Shown here one piece after another: positions 63,587 to 64,000 of a DNA stretch of 64,000 nt. How positions within the stretch are numbered: position 1 is the stretch's first letter; each line of letters starts with the position of its first letter. The notes under the pieces are model-generated. The model saw nothing but the letters and a program-made list of their open reading frames with translations, did no database searches and had not been told where the DNA came from. A program made the translations under genes and the position numbers. The stretch lies in contig CALXRL010000087.1 of the NCBI GenBank assembly GCA_944390735.1, forward strand, positions 3,031 through 67,030, written 5' to 3'. The stretch comes from an uncultured Victivallales bacterium (GTDB lineage: Bacteria; Verrucomicrobiota; Lentisphaeria; Victivallales; UBA1829).

Positions 63587-64000
63587 TTATCCGGCTTTAT
63601 GGAAGAATCCGGAGACGGCCTCCGCCGCTCTCTGGAACACCGCATACAGTCCCGGAATGAACATCATTCCGAGGATGGTTGCCACAAGCATGCCCCAGAA
63701 GGTCGTGACGCCGATTGCCTGACGGCTTCCCGCTCCCGCTCCGCTTGCGACCACCATCGGGAAAACGCCGATGACAAACGAGAGCGCGGTCATCATCACG
63801 GACCGGAAACGGATTCGCATTCCGTTCAGGGCCGCATCTTTGATGGTGGCTCCGTTGTCGCGTTCCAGTTTGGAGAACTCCACCATCAGGATGGCGGTTT
63901 TTGCGGTCAGACCGATGAGCATGAGCAGTCCGAGCTGACAGTAGATGTTCAGCGCGATTCCCGAGAACTTCAGCGCCAGAATCGCTCCCAGTGTTGCGGT
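63587..64000 (-). CDS. RND (AcrB/HAE1-type) efflux pump permease, C-terminal part, runs off the window
   Basis: ORF 63587..63922 continues in frame to 64000 (TATLGAILALKFSGIALNIYCQLGLLMLIGLTAKTAILMVEF...). This matches the AcrB C-terminal TM10-12 region. Confidence 0.9.
   Translation of the reverse strand, partial: TATLGAILALKFSGIALNIYCQLGLLMLIGLTAKTAILMVEFSKLERDNGATIKDAALNGMRIRFRSVMMTALSFVIGVFPMVVASGAGAGSRQAIGVTTFWGMLVATILGMMFIPGLYAVFQRAAEAVSGFFHKAG

Noticed and set aside
1-64000. Search for CRISPR arrays, transposases, integrases, phage genes, toxin-antitoxin pairs, rRNA and tRNA
   Set aside because: No regularly spaced identical repeats of 25-40 nt are present. No DDE or tyrosine-recombinase motifs appear in any ORF. 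No rRNA- or tRNA-like conserved strings were found by eye. A tRNAscan or Infernal run would be needed to exclude small RNAs formally.

Overview
GC-rich bacterial chromosome segment. It is probably from the PVC superphylum (Lentisphaerota, Verrucomicrobiota or Planctomycetota); this is an inference from the many prepilin-like H-X9-DG proteins placed next to secreted glycoside hydrolases. Two kinds of content are interleaved.

(1) Short housekeeping operons: purC; rplU; cca; nadD-rsfS; copA; rpsP-KH-trmD-rplS-rnhB; ptsH-ptsI; ppiB; etfB-etfA-acyl-CoA dehydrogenase-rpoZ; purE; thiL-tsaE-truA; adk-map-infA; and an RND pump fragment at the right edge.

(2) Glycan-degradation content: an IclR / FAD-oxidoreductase / eda-kdgK keto-deoxy-sugar locus, plus five copies of one cassette. 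Each cassette has a dedicated transcription factor, an H-X9-DG pseudopilin and a large CAZyme with a Sec signal peptide. The cassettes sit at 12380-18714, 37787-42809, 42819-49484, 52579-57898 and 57963-63426. This repeated pseudopilin-CAZyme-regulator unit is the best candidate for an undescribed system. It contains no transporter gene, and all of its pseudopilins lack the canonical Gly at position -1.

Other points worth a second look:
- trmD has no ATG/GTG/TTG start upstream of its conserved N-terminus.
- An unnamed ~190-aa 'GWTD' module is shared by two different hydrolases.
- One regulator is a GntR HTH fused to a solute-binding-protein-like domain.
- An S41-like protein has both catalytic residues substituted.
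- Three cassettes carry exact-consensus sigma70 promoters.
- Several intergenic regions carry short repeat arrays.

I saw no rRNA, tRNA, CRISPR array, transposase or integrase. All family assignments come from reading motifs by eye; no database search was run.
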